Source: Conidiobolus incongruus B7586
Taxonomy: Eukaryota
Direction: 5' to 3'
NCBI GenBank assembly: GCA_000697335.1
Contig: JNEM01013221.1
Span: 1 to 64,000, forward strand
DNA length: 64,000 nt
Shown: in pieces, positions 14,224 through 27,990 of the stretch
Layout of the letters: each line of letters opens with the position of its first letter
Numbering within the stretch: position 1 is the first letter of the stretch
Notes under the pieces: model-generated
What the model was told of the DNA's origin: nothing
Databases searched by the model: none
What the model saw: only the letters and a program-made list of their open reading frames with translations
Program-made: the position numbers and the translations under genes

Positions 14224-15364
14224 AATAACTGGTAATATTTTCACTCTCTAGGGTTTATATTTTTTATATAATTCACTTTTTTAAACACAATGTATTTTAT
14301 TATTATTGAAGGTTCTACATCGACTATACGTTTTATTGTTAACTGATATTTCAATTAACATTAAATAGGATTTTATTTATATCTGGAAAATAAATTATGT
14401 GTATATCTATTTTCTTCAATTATAATAATATTCATAGGATAGACTTAATCTGATACAATACTGATATTACATATTAATATTTAACTAAAACATATATTTT
14501 CAGCTTTCGTTGGTTTAATTATTTGTTAGATATAATTAAAGGAATAAACATATGTCCTAGTATATAATTCATCATAGTAAATATCTTGGTCCAACATTCG
14601 TAAATAGAAATTTGATTAAAATATCCAGGTTTAACAGATTAGGTTTATTCACTAATAATATATTTTAACGATTTTCAACTATACCATTTATTTAAATCAC
14701 TTCACTATATAGCAAAATATTACTAAGAATACATTTAGATTACAAGCATTCATTGAAAAGATAAGTGAAATTCTTACTCTAGATAAGATTTTTTCAGACT
14801 TTGATAATATAAATTCAAAATATAAATCATTATGAAAACTTTAATATTATTAGGTTAAAATTTTTATCATCATTACAACCAACAGATAATATTCAAATAA
14901 TTAAAATGTATAGGAAATGCGATATATATGCAAATTGAATTTTTTTTAATCAAAATAATTTAGTATATTTGAATATTTGGAGCATGATAATTATTAATCT
15001 CACTACGGAATAAATAGCTATTGAAATATTACATTATTAAGAATATTAGATAATTTTAAATAATTATTTATATATTGTCGCCAAAAAATTAGGACAACAA
15101 TGATATTATCATGTTGATCTTTTATTTTTAAATTGCAATAATTCAACTACCTAATTATATACATTAAAATCATATTTATAAAAATTAAGAGTGAGCGAAA
15201 GTAACCGTTATATTAATGCATTATATTAAAACAAAAAGAAAAATTTTATACCATAATTTACATTATTCAATTAAAATTGAAAATTTGTCATTGTTAAATA
15301 CAACCAATAATGCTGAACTAATTACAGTTATTATTAAATCAAATTTTAAATATAAAATATATTA

Positions 15365-16863
15365 TTAATTCCAAAATAAAATTGATAAAGATTTGGATCT
15401 AAATTGTCGCTTATCAGGACTTAAGTAAATTTGGTTGGATTGAATCTTTTCAATCAAATTTTTCACTATTTTTACAGGATAGTCAATTATTTCAAATCCT
15501 TCCTTTGATTCATCACTATGACTATATAAATTATTATTATTAATATTGACCGATTATAAAAATATTGAATTATAATTACTCGTTATTTTCATAATTAATT
15601 AATTCATAAATAAATTTTGTACCTAATAATTAAAATTGAATAAATTGTAATAATAAAATATTAAATTCCTTACTTGGACGCAATGTTGTTTTTTGATCTA
15701 AATCAGTTGAAGCTATATAAACTTGCCAATTCATAATAGTTATCTAAATAATATTAAGTACATATTTTATATTAAAAAATGGCTTCATAACATTACTTTA
15801 ACCTTAGGTGTATTGGGATCAGGACTACTCAGAAGGAATTTTGAAAAAGAATGATGTTGATTTAAATCGTATAAATCTTGAAGTAAAAAAATAGAATAAG
15901 GGATAATAGAATGCTCATTAAATGGATTTTGAGCGTATATATGATGCTTAGGAATACTGACTACAGCTGAATAGTCCTTTTGATCTTCTTTCAAGACTGG
16001 ATCTATTATAATCTTTCCAAGAGCATCTAAGCAATGTAAGCATTGGAAATCCAAGAAAATGAGTTCATTTAAATGCTCTGGATGGGTTGAGGAATATGTG
16101 TTCATATGATCGTGTACGATCTAATTAACAATGAGTTAATAAAATCAAAAATTTTAAGAAATTATAAGAAACCTACCTTTTTATACTTGTCATATAATGA
16201 ATCTATCAAATGGTCTGGATGAAACAAAATACTTCTTGTTCCTACATGCAAAAGACCAGGTCCTGGGAAAAAGATGCCTTGGTTGGAAAAGTTTGATGCT
16301 TGGATAGTTGAATATTCTTCATTGTGGCACACCCAACATTCGACCAGTTCAGTCCATCCTTCGCTAGGTAAATCCCTAACTTTATCAAATAAAAACTTGG
16401 ATTGTTTGCGACTGATATCGATTTGCTTCATGAAATCGACTAATTCATCGCCATCTAAATCTTTCAACTGGATGGGATCTTTCCATTTGGAGTTTTTGAC
16501 GATTGGCAACTGAGTTTGATAGCATCCAATAAAATCAACCTGATTAAAGTACCTTGCATTCCATATTAAGTTTAGCTGAGTGTGCATATCCAGCTCATTA
16601 GAAGTTAATTTACTATCCATGCGCTTTAATTCCAGTGGTATCATTAACTGTTTGGTTGGAGTATATTTGACTTTCATAGCTTTGCATTCAAATGGTAGTT
16701 TTATTGGTGTGCGTTGAATTTGATTGTCATATTGAGTGATTACTGTGAGTATTTTGTTTATCAATTCAACTCCAATAATATAGACTTGATCAACTGAAAT
16801 GATATGTAATTTATTAATGTTATTTAATAACTCTATATATAATTTAGACTCGATGGATTTCAT
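15365..16863 (-). CDS. HECT_2 / UBE3D / Ipa1-like E2-binding protein, multi-exon
   Basis: RDLPSEGWTELVECWVCH motif, a later CLHC, and several short 3' exons ending SILFWN*. Confidence 0.75.
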
Positions 16864-17123
16864 AGTCAATAGTTGTATTTGTTATATTTTTATTGTGGAT
16901 GCAATATTTCATTCAAGAAGTTCACGTATAATTATTAGAAAGATTATATTTTAAAAATTTATGGGATCAGGATTTGCCAATACTTGGTAAGTTTCAATTT
17001 TTAATCAAACACTTGGCAATTCAAATTCACTTCAATAATCCCATAATTTAATTAATTCATAATTTAATTTATTTAGTCTTTCATTAAAGTCACTGAAATT
17101 TATCTATGAAATATCAAAATATT

Positions 17124-20100
17124 ATGAGTTTGAGCGAAATTTATGAGACCACAATTAAACTAGCTTCTAAAGCTGTTGATTTAGACAGTCAAGGGGAATT
17201 ATATCAAGCTAAACAAGTTTATCATTCTGTTATTGAGGGGTTAAGTCAAATATTAAATGGTAATAGTTTTGAAACTATATAAATTTAAGAATAATAATAT
17301 TGATTTTGTATTATAGTTGAGAAGAATAGTTCCAAAATTAATCAATTAAATAATCAATTATTAAAATATCAAAATCGTTTAAAACAAATTGAAAGTTATT
17401 TAAATCAATTGAATATTAATCAAATTAATTTTGATCAGTTAGATTTGATTAATTGGAAAAATTTTGTATTTGTAATTTATTTATAATTATGAATATTTAA
17501 TAGAAATATTGATTCGGTTTTTATTAGGTTCAGTTGGATAAAATTCAAGTTTTGGAAATTGAATCACATTATAGAGTGGCAGTTGATTTAGCAACGCAAT
17601 TGGTTGAGTTATTGATCAAACATGTACAGAGTAATATCATCGATATTCAATTACACCAATCCAGTATTTACTTAATGCATCAATTAGGATTTAATGATCC
17701 AGAAGATACTTTGTTATTTAAATCATTTATTCAAAAAACATTAGATATTGCAGAGCGTTGTAAAGCACGTCAAAGTGATAAAAATGAAGAAATTCTTGAA
17801 AAGATCCAATATTTATGTAGTTATACAATATATATGCATATATAACAATTTAAATATATTGACAAATATTTTAGCCATTAGCCAACATTCGCCAATTCCT
17901 AAATCACCACTACCTTCTCCTCCTGTACATCCATTGAATGAAATCGAATTAGCTATTTTAAAAGAAACTTCTTACATCAACGACAGAATCTTTCTACCAT
18001 GGTCTTCGCAACTTGATTTGAATTCATTTCACTCTGGTCCATCTCTTTACTATGACCCCGACGGCTTTCTATCTCTATCTGAATTGCAACTTGAGCAGTT
18101 TGAGAGTTGGAAACGCCCTGCTCAATTCTTCCATCCAATCTCCCCAAAAATGATAGGATTGGTGTCAAGGTAATTTATATTTCGTCAAATTACTCATACT
18201 AGTATTAATATGTAAAATGGTCTTTAGTGATCACATCATTCAAGTAAATATTCTATCTAGCTAATTAAGAATTATTGAGGTTAATTATTGATTCGATATA
18301 TAGGACGTTGTAACTGATTGTTCTTTCGTTGCTTCTTTGTGTATTTGCGCAAATTATGAAAGAAAATTCAGAAAAAGAGTAAAATATTTATTAAAGTTAA
18401 TATTTCATATATTGATTGTGGTTTTTAGCTGATCACTTCAATCATTTTTCCTCAAGATGATAGTGGTAATCCAATTTATAATCCTCTTGGGCAATACGTC
18501 ATTCGCCTTCACTTTAATGGTATATTTCGTAAAGTAGTCGTTGATGATTATTTACCAGTATCCAAATCTAATGCACCACTCTGTACATTCTCAAAGTTCG
18601 CGGGAGAACTATGGCCAAGTATCATTGAGAAGGCTTATATGAAATTGATGGGTGGCTACGCATTTCCTGGATCGAATAGTTCTATCGATCTTCATGCATT
18701 AACTGGATGGATTCCTGAGCTTATTCTTTTCAAAGTACCATCTTTCGATTCAGAGACTCAGTGGCTACGACTTAGAGATGGGCATGAGTATGGTGATGCA
18801 CTGATCACAGTGGCAACAGGTCCAGAGGATGACGATAGACTTCATAATATGGGACTTGTTCCTGCTCACGCTTATGCAGTATTAGATTTGAGAGAGCTAC
18901 ATGGACTTCGAGTTCTCAAAATAAAGAATCCGTGGAGCCATTGTCGTTGGAAAGGCCGTCTTAGTCATCTGGATCAAGAGTATTGGACACCTGAGCTATT
19001 GGAAGAGCTTGGTTATGACCTTAATAAGGCACAGTCGCGTGATGATGGTGTTTTTTGGATTTTATATGATGATCTATTGGAATATTTTGAGTGCTTCAAT
19101 GTAAATTGGAATCCTGAGCTATTTCCTCATTCTCAGGTGATTCATACAAAATGGAAAACCGACCAAGGTCCCAAGAAAGATACTTACAATATTGGATATA
19201 ACCCTCAGTTCAGTCTGAAAGTGAATGGAGTGAACGACGAACCATGCCCTGTATGGGTGCTTATTACAAAGCACCGACTTAAAACAGAGGTTAATCAACA
19301 ATATTTTGCCCTCCACGTATATGAAGACTCAAGTACACAAGCATCAAGCCACAGACTTCATCAAAGGATTTACTACCCTGACTCACCTTTGATTAGAGTA
19401 AAATTAATGAACCCATTGATTACTACAATTTCTAATATGTTTTTATTTAGGGATTATATGTGAATAATGATCATATCTTGGTAATTACAATAATTCCATT
19501 CTATAATATTCATATTTATATTCTAATCAGATATTATATTATTTATATTAATAGACTCGAATTAATGTAAAGAGCAACCAAACTAAATTTATTTTAGTAT
19601 TGTCCCAAAAAGAAATTGTACAAGAGTGTTCATTTTCTATTAGAGCTTTTTCAACGGTTCCTGTTGAATTGTACCCGATTGATTTACCCAAGTATGAAGT
19701 GAAGGTAATATTTTTCAAATCTAATTAAGGAAATATTTCACTATTAAACTATTTAGTTAACTCGTAAATGGGATAACGAATCATCAGGTAGCTATATTTT
19801 ATGACACTCATTAAATGTAATACTAACTATCTATTCAACCCATTTAAGGCGGCAATTTAACACACCAATCCTTCTTGACTAATCCGCAATTTAAACTCAA
19901 AGTATCTGTGCCTTCGACGCAGGTAGTGGTAACTATTCAAGCACCTCGTACTTATCCGGTAGCATTATATGGGTTTTACGGTAGTAAAAGAGTGACTCAA
20001 TTACCCATTGATTCAAATCCCTTTTTATTCAATTCAGGCGATTATCGACTAGGGTTCTGTGCGGTGAAGCAAAATTATCTACCTGGTAACCAAATAATCT

Positions 20101-20897
20101 TCATTCTCATTTGCATTATATTCATAGTCATTTAGTTGGTTATTATATTCTTTTGGCATCTGCTTTGGAGCCTTATATGAACGGAGACTTTATTATTACT
20201 GTGGGCTCTAATAATCCTATCGAATTAACACAAATATTGCCTGAGGGCGCTGTAATTATTTTTTCAAATTTTTTATCATCAGTTAATTAAATAGATTTAT
20301 TTTAGGGTATGCTAAAATATCCAATTGAAGGCCAATGGTAATGATATTGATAATTTATAATCAAGGTCTATTGTTTAATTTATATCATTCAACTAGGTTC
20401 TCCAATAATACGATTGCAAAACATACTGTTAGATTAAGTGGTACAACAAAGCTAAGGTACTTTTTTCTATATCCCTCTAATTGAAATTACTGATCGAGAC
20501 GATTTAGTGCCAAGTTACAAGTTATTCCGCCATTATCTAAAGCTTACATATCAATGGATATAATGAATAGCAAGTTGCAATCTTTGATCTCAAAGCAACC
20601 AATTTATACAAACTCTCCTCAGGTATTCTAATTTCTATCTATTCAAAACATTTCAAAGGATATTAACACCAGTAATACTAAATGCATTTTAGGGTATTTT
20701 TATTGATGAAATTGTTGCAAGGGATAGCACAAGAGAATTTGGTAAATCTTAATTCTTCATTATAGAAGATTATTTTGATCTGATGTTACTTTTTAATAGA
20801 TATCATCATTTTGACTAAGTTAAAGACACCATCAGCAGATACTATCAAATTTTCATTGATCCTGTATTCGGACAAAAGAATTCAAGTTATGTCTTAA
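17124..20897 (+). CDS. palB: Calpain-7 / PalB (Rim13) cysteine protease with N-terminal MIT domain, many exons
   Basis: MIT-like ASKAVDLDSQGE; catalytic QDVVTDCSFVASL, PAHAYAVLD and KNPW; two calpain-III domains (YNPQF, TNPQF). Confidence 0.9.
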
Positions 20898-20930
20898 TAA
20901 TGATATTATTGTAATAATCTAAATTTCTAC

Positions 20931-22078
20931 CTAATCCTCAAGATTGATCCACTTCATAGGAAAATCAGGTGATTTGATTAGCATAGCTCTTCTATTCAAA
21001 ATTATATCTAATATGAGCAAGCTTGATATAAAAAATTGGTCCTTTACCTTTTATCCAAGTATCTATAAAGCCAAATTCGATGCGTTGGAATACTTGCCCA
21101 AAGATCTAAGAATTGATTCATTAATTAATGTTGTTCAAAATCCCCCAAAATCGACTTTACCAGTGTAAATATTAATAATACGATTAAAATTAAAATTTTG
21201 AGATTGATATTCATTAAATGGCAATAAAATTTTACTACATATAATTATCTAATAAAATCTTTTTAATTAGTATATGATATTTGGGGATTATTTCAATAAT
21301 TACACTAATATTGTGCTTGGTGGTTAAATTAATTAGTGATTGAGCAATCATTGGAATGAGTTGATTTTTTAAGGTATCGGATATTCCAGCTTTCATTTTA
21401 TTTAGTTGTAAAAATGGATCAATGATAACTAACTTGATCTAAGTAATCATTTAGTAAGAGATATATAATTCAAATATAAGTGGTATGATATTACCTCAGG
21501 GTGTTCGTTTACAAATATATCTAATTTTTGATATAATAAATTAAAGTAATATTCCCAACTTTCAATTTTGATCAAAATAATATTATTTAATACAGTTTCA
21601 TGTGTGAATTTCTTGTCTAATTGATTCTTTTCTAATTGATAGTATTTCAGTTAAATTACATTGATAAATGGATTGATAATTTGATTACTTAAAAATTCGT
21701 GTGATAAATTTGAGCATCGTCTTGGATCAAAACTATTATCACTATCTGAGTTGAAAATTATTATAACTATACTTTATTAGTTATAATCATGATATTATTT
21801 ACCTATATATAAAACCTTATATTGAAAATTATTTTTGATGATTAAATTAATGGCAATCTGATAGCTATATTAATATTAAATTAAATTTATTATAAATAAA
21901 TACCATCATGTTGAATATACCTTAAATAAGATTTTCCAGAATGAGAGCCACCTAATAACTCTATGATTTTACCAAATGGAATTCCATTGCTTTCAAATAA
22001 AGGCTTTAAACAAATTCCATCTAATGAAATATATAATTTGGATTTCAATTCTATCAAATGTTCACTTAACGATTTCAT
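20931..22078 (-). CDS. RAD51 paralog (RecA-like ATPase), multi-exon
   Basis: GIPFGKIIELLGGSHSGKS Walker A; C-terminal DLWASIPTHRIWLY..RAMLIKSP typical of RAD51 paralogs. Internal exon structure only partly resolved. Confidence 0.7.
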
Positions 22079-22370
22079 TTTTCCAATTTTTTCAATTAGC
22101 AGTCTGAACTATAGTTTTATAAATTTATAATAATTAAGTTTGAATTGTGGGATTTGGGTATTTAGAAACTCATTTGAGTTAATGTTTAGTTCTCTAAGTA
22201 TTTGAAAATCAAATAATCCTTTATACTTATAGAAAAGTAACAATTATCTAGGCTAAGATACCTTTTTATTTATAATAAAATTAAATACGATTAAAAGATC
22301 TATTTTTTAAATAATCAGATTACAATATAGTTGAAATATCTCTATTTTTATAAATAATATTGGTATCAAC

Positions 22371-22918
22371 TTAGTAGGAAAGATCGGGTGATTGATTGAG
22401 CTTGGATTTAGGGTGAGCATCTGAGGGATAAAGATATGGTATATTCATCAAAGTGAAGATAAGCTTCGCTTTAGATCTAATGGGAATCATCAAAGCATCA
22501 AAATCTGTGGTAGTGTCATTTTTTGTCGGGAATGCCTCTATTAAATTCATTAATTGATCTAAATGCTTATTCACTCTAAATTAATATTAATTATTAATTA
22601 TTAATTATAATTCAATAAAACCAAATTTATATTACCTCTTAGGAATAACATCAGGTTTGAACTTTTGAATTTTTAACATAGTTTGAACAAATCCATAAAG
22701 AGATCCAATTTCACGACCTAAAATAAACCCTTGTTCCATACCATGCATTCGACCCTGAGTGTGTCCGATGGGTTGTCCAGCTACTTCGCCATCTTTGATC
22801 CCCTGTTTGATAAAACTAAGTGATGTTAAACTTTATTAAGAATAACTTTTATAGTTTAATAAAATATTTACCTTTCTTCTATCATCACAATTTCGTCAAA
22901 ATCCCATTCAGAATCCAT
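22371..22918 (-). CDS. LTO1: LTO1/ORAOV1 (Yae1-Lto1 Fe-S adaptor), 3 exons
   Basis: MDSEWDFDEIVMIEES|FIKQGIKDGEVAG...GRMHGMEQGFILGREIG deca-GX3 pattern; IRSKAKL. Confidence 0.8.
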
Positions 22919-23723
22919 ATTAACCAATATTGATGTTTTAATTAATAATCGATTTGGATTATGACATTGAATTTGAACTTTAAATAATTTTTAATATTTG
23001 GTAGTTTATGGGATTATTGATAAAAAATTTATGAGTTATTGTTTGATAATCAAATTATCATCAATAATATTATATGCAAGTTTGGTTTTTTGTTAAAAAT
23101 AAAAAAATAGAGTTAATTTGATTACCGAATTAATAATTAATTGAGTAATTTATAATATTTAAACTAATTTGATTAAAGTTTGTTATTGAAAGGGCACAAT
23201 TTAATAAACCAATATTGATTATGACCCATGTTTAGAAATTTGAAGGTTGTATGGATTGGTATAGTGTGCATTTTTACAATGAGGCTAAGGATAAGGGCAC
23301 AGGGCTGAGATTGTTGGCTGGATCTATTGAAATCAAGTAATAAATTACCATCAATACAGTCATTTCCATTTAGCTAATCTACTATAAATTTGGGACTTAG
23401 TTGATTTTGGTTTTTTGCGGTTTAGAAAAATGAATCGAAGCATATTATGACTTTGAATTCTAAATAACAATTTCTCCATAATTAATCCATTCGGACGAAT
23501 AATCAACTTAAACCCTAATTCAATCCACCACCTTTAAGCGAAATAAAAGGAAAGTATACATCATGTGATGGTGTGAAACCACTTTCAGGGTATCCAATGG
23601 ATTGAAAGATATTGAATGCGAAAATAAGCCCAACTATCAACGTCATTCCAAAACAATTAATGAAGTATAAATATAGCTATTGATGAAGGGTCTAATGAAA
23701 ATTTTGATTAAGAATTAAATAAG

Positions 23724-25484
23724 ATGACTAGTTTGTACAGAATTAATTACCAATTAAGAGCTCATAAGAGAGATGAGTTAATTGAATTTATCAAGAGTAT
23801 GATGATGAGTCCTTTCGTGTTGTACACTAAACCCCAATACGAAACTATTATCAACCCTGACGATATCAGCATTTCCAAGGACAAATCTGCTGACTTGAAT
23901 AAGACCAACTACTGCAACGTCTTAAGTCATGTTGAAGAACTCGTTCAAGTAGGTTATTTTCTGTTAGCCAATATAATTTCTTAACTAATATTGTTTTAGG
24001 AACATAGAGAAAAATTTGAATTAGGTATACTATTTACCAAAATAAAATCTGATTCAAGTTAATATTATATCATATAAAGGTTTGGAAGGCCACTCTCGTC
24101 TCAAGCGCCTCGTACCCAATATTGGTAACTTTTTTACTGAGTTACCATTAACAAAAGCTTTTGATATTATTGATAAGAAGCACTCCATTGCTGCTAGAAG
24201 ATTTGTTCCTCCCAGTTTTAATGATATCAGAAGGTATACATAGATGAAATTTATGTATGATAATATTATTGATCATCTAAATTTTAGAATATTAAATCTG
24301 GCCCAAGTTATGGCCATTGCTCCTCAACTCAAGTTAATCACTTTGTAAGTTATAATTTATATTCATTGATATTATTATTTTATTAAACATTTTTATATTT
24401 GAAATAATTGAATCACAGTGATGGGGATATGACATTATGTAAACAAATATTTATTCAACTCATTCGATCAATAACAATTAAACACATATTTTAGACGCTG
24501 ATGGTAAAGATTTTGAACATAACAGTAGTCTTGTAGGACTCCTCATTCAGCTTCTTAAACACGATCTCTACGTTGCTGTCGTGACAGCTGCGGGATATGG
24601 GGACGAGACTACAAAGTATGAAAAGAGATTGTCTGGCCTTTTGAAGGGCTTCGCTGAATCTGAACTTACTCCTGAACAATTGCAACGATTTTATGTATTT
24701 GGTAAATTCCTTATTACACATATATAGTCTAGAACCTAACTTTTGTTTAGGTGGAGAATGTAACTTCTTGCTCAAGCTGAAACCAGACTGTAAACTCGTC
24801 TACATTCCAGAATCCGACTATCTCCCTAATGGTATTCGTGACTGGACTGAACAAGATGTGGAATCTTTCCTCAACTGTGCTGAGAAGAATTTAAAGCGTT
24901 GTGTCAACAGTATGAATTTACCAGCCTCTGTATTGAGAAAAACTCGCGCAGTTGGTAAGTTTATCAATATTTAGTCAATTTTATTGATTCTAATGAATCT
25001 TTTCACAGGCATTGTTCCTAATCCTGGTGTTCAAATTTCAAGAGAACAATTGGTAATATGGATTAAAATAAACCCTTTAAACAAAGCTAACCCAACCTAA
25101 TTTATATAGGATGAATGTGTTCTTTCTACTCAAGCTCATTTATTTGAAAAACAACACAAATATAATCATCCTTCTGAACTCAAGAAGAACACTAGAGTCA
25201 GCCCCAACATTTCATTCTGTGCCTTCAACGGAGGATCTGATGTCTGGGTTGATGTTGGTAATAAGTCTATTGGTGTACAACTTCTCCAACGCTACCTTGA
25301 AGCCGGACCTGGCGAAACTTTGCATGTAGGTGATCAATTCCTCTCAACCGGTAACGACTATGCAACGAGAGCTGCTTGTTGTACAAATTGGATTATTAAT
25401 CCTGAAGAAACTAAAACTATGCTTACTCATTTGGTCGAATGCTGGGAACAAAATGGCCAAGTTGGTGATAACTACAAAAATTAA
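23724..25484 (+). CDS. ISN1: IMP-specific 5'-nucleotidase, multi-exon
   Basis: MTSLYRINYQLRAHKRDELIEFIK; RRFVPPSFNDIR; F|DGDMTLY; FCAFNGGSDVWVDVGNK; LHVGDQF. Confidence 0.95.
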
Positions 25485-25834
25485 ATATAATTATTTTATT
25501 AATAATATTTGTAAAATGATTCATTATATATTTACTAGTATTTAACATTACTATTCAATTACTATAGTAAAACTATTACTATTGCAATATTTTGTTAAAT
25601 TATTTATATTTTATTTAGTTTCTAACAGAGATTTTTTATATTATTTTACTATCAAACAATTGTCATTAATATCCATAAAATTTAATTTGTAATAGAACAT
25701 TATTCAGGAATTTACCACTCTATCCCATAAGTTAAATTGATAAATTTATCAAAGTTTAATATTTAATATAAATACCTATATATGCTTTTCAATTGCAAAG
25801 ATTGACTTAATCTACGATTTTGGTTAGATATAAC

Positions 25835-26755
25835 ATGAAAGTAAACCCATTAATATTAAGCAAATGCGCCATGATCTTGAACCCATCGTTAAATAATACA
25901 TTAAAAAATTTCATCCAACTTGATTTAGTAGGATTTGACTTTGATGAGACAATCACAAGTAAAGATACTATTTCATTACTTGGCCAATTGGGTGAGCAAA
26001 TAAATCGAGATCAAGTCGATAGAAAGCCATGGAAATATTTTGAGGATGAATATATGAAAGATTACCAGCTATTCAAACCTAATTTAGATTCGAAATTTAA
26101 GGAAAAAGTAAAGGACTTGGAACCAAATACTCCCACTAAAGATAAATTGAATATTTTAGTTCAATATATCGAATCATTGAAACAAATTGAATTGAACTCT
26201 TTAGAGCGTATTAATAGAGCTAAATGGTTTGATAATATCCATTCTACAGATATCAAGAATATAAGTCAATCTGTTCCATTAAGACCTAACTTTGATGTAA
26301 TTCTCAAATCCAGCGAATTAAAATTATTTAATCATTTCAAATCAAACTGGGATCAACTACACATTTTATCGGTAAACTGGTCTAAAGACCTCATTTACTA
26401 CTCCTTAAAAGAACAAGTTCCAAACAATCGCATCCATGTCAACGATTTTAATAAGGATTTGCAAACTGGCCTGACTGATGGAACTATTCAAATCAAAATG
26501 ATCGATGGCGCAGACAAGTTAAACCATTGGAAGAATCTCATCAAGCAGAACAATGCATCCCGCACCCTGTTTGTAGGAGACTCTCTCAACGACTTACCAT
26601 GTATGTTAAGTTCAACTTATGGCATTATCATTGGTAATAATACTAAATTACTTGAAACCTGCAAATTATTAAACATTCAAGTATTTAATGAGTTTGAGCA
26701 ATATCAAAATTATTCCAGTGCTTGGAAATTACTAAAAGTGGATCATTGGTATTAA
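25835..26755 (+). CDS. HAD-superfamily hydrolase (YCR015C/Cto1-like, UPF0655), intronless
   Basis: DFDETIT motif I, LSVNWS motif II, GADK and VGDSLNDLPC motif IV. Start could be 25871. Confidence 0.8.
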   Translation: MKVNPLILSKCAMILNPSLNNTLKNFIQLDLVGFDFDETITSKDTISLLGQLGEQINRDQVDRKPWKYFEDEYMKDYQLFKPNLDSKFKEKVKDLEPNTPTKDKLNILVQYIESLKQIELNSLERINRAKWFDNIHSTDIKNISQSVPLRPNFDVILKSSELKLFNHFKSNWDQLHILSVNWSKDLIYYSLKEQVPNNRIHVNDFNKDLQTGLTDGTIQIKMIDGADKLNHWKNLIKQNNASRTLFVGDSLNDLPCMLSSTYGIIIGNNTKLLETCKLLNIQVFNEFEQYQNYSSAWKLLKVDHWY

Positions 26756-27085
26756 AGGATTTATTTATTTATTGACAATATATGAGTTTATTAATAAAAA
26801 AATGATTTATTCAAATCTCTATTATGTACTTTTAATAATTATCTGTTGATCCTTAGTATACTGTGAATCAAAATGTAATTTAAATCATATTCATTTACCT
26901 TGAATATGATTCATGCTCTTATATTTATTAATCGAAATCTATAAAACTATTGAGTTAACCCTAAACACATAATCAATGTGATTAATCGTATTCAATGATA
27001 CATATTGATAAAACTAATCCACTATAAAATAATATATCAATCCAATACATTGAATATAATTCAAAGCTTTTATATTATTTTTAAG

Positions 27086-27990
27086 ATGATAAAAGGAAAC
27101 AATTTAAGTATTTGGTGTTGAATGCATTTATTGTTAGATTGAATAAGTTTCTTTGGATTATTAGTAGTGATATGATTTATAGAGACTATTCCATCTTTTA
27201 AGGATAAACAATTCACTTTAAAAAATACTGCAATTCAGTATCCTAATAATTTAATGAAATTGTTCTTGTTAATTTATTATTTGTAATACAAATTTAAAAT
27301 ATTGTTAAGGTAATATGAACTCAATTTATACCTTTAGTGATTTTCAATATGATTACTAATTTTAATTAATTTATCAATTTAAAATGTAACAATTTTAATA
27401 TGTTCATTTTGCTAAAAGTGATGATTTATATTTCAACATTCAACATTATTGAATAAACCAAGATTGTTAGGTTTTTCTCATTTCCTTTATCAATATTTAT
27501 CATACAATTGTTAGAGATAATGTTAATTGCTAAGATGCTTTGATATTGATGATTATATATAATTTGGTAGGTTGATTCCGTCATGTTTCATTGTTCGATT
27601 CTAATCATCTTCCAAGTACCAATTAAATGCTACTTAATTGATCACTTCGTTCATTTACACTCAGAAGGACAAATGGTTAATACGATATGGTGCGCAAAGG
27701 TTTTTTCAACTCACATTCAAAGTAATTAAATTACATTCATACATCCTATTCGTGAGGGAATACAATGTTTAAGATTCATTCAGTGTATTATTTTTAGCAC
27801 TGTATTTGAACCATATCTATAAATTACAAGATCAGAGAATCAAAATGATTCAATAACACCATTTTTTAATACCAAGTGTAGCTACACTTATTGCAATTAG
27901 TAGGACTCGTGATCATCCTCTTCATTGGAAAGATGTATTGATTTACTATATATTTATATATAGTTGTCGCTTCATATTTATTTTTTATAA
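27086..27990 (+). pseudogene. Degenerate tandem paralog of the PAP2 lipid phosphate phosphatase gene at 31742
   Basis: Collinear relics: ISFFGLLVVI*F..KQFT..AIQYP, NLVG*FRH, IYTQKDKWLIRYGAQRF, LIAISRTRDHPLHWKDVL. Same ttaagATGAT start context as the intact gene. Contains stops and frameshifts. Confidence 0.85.
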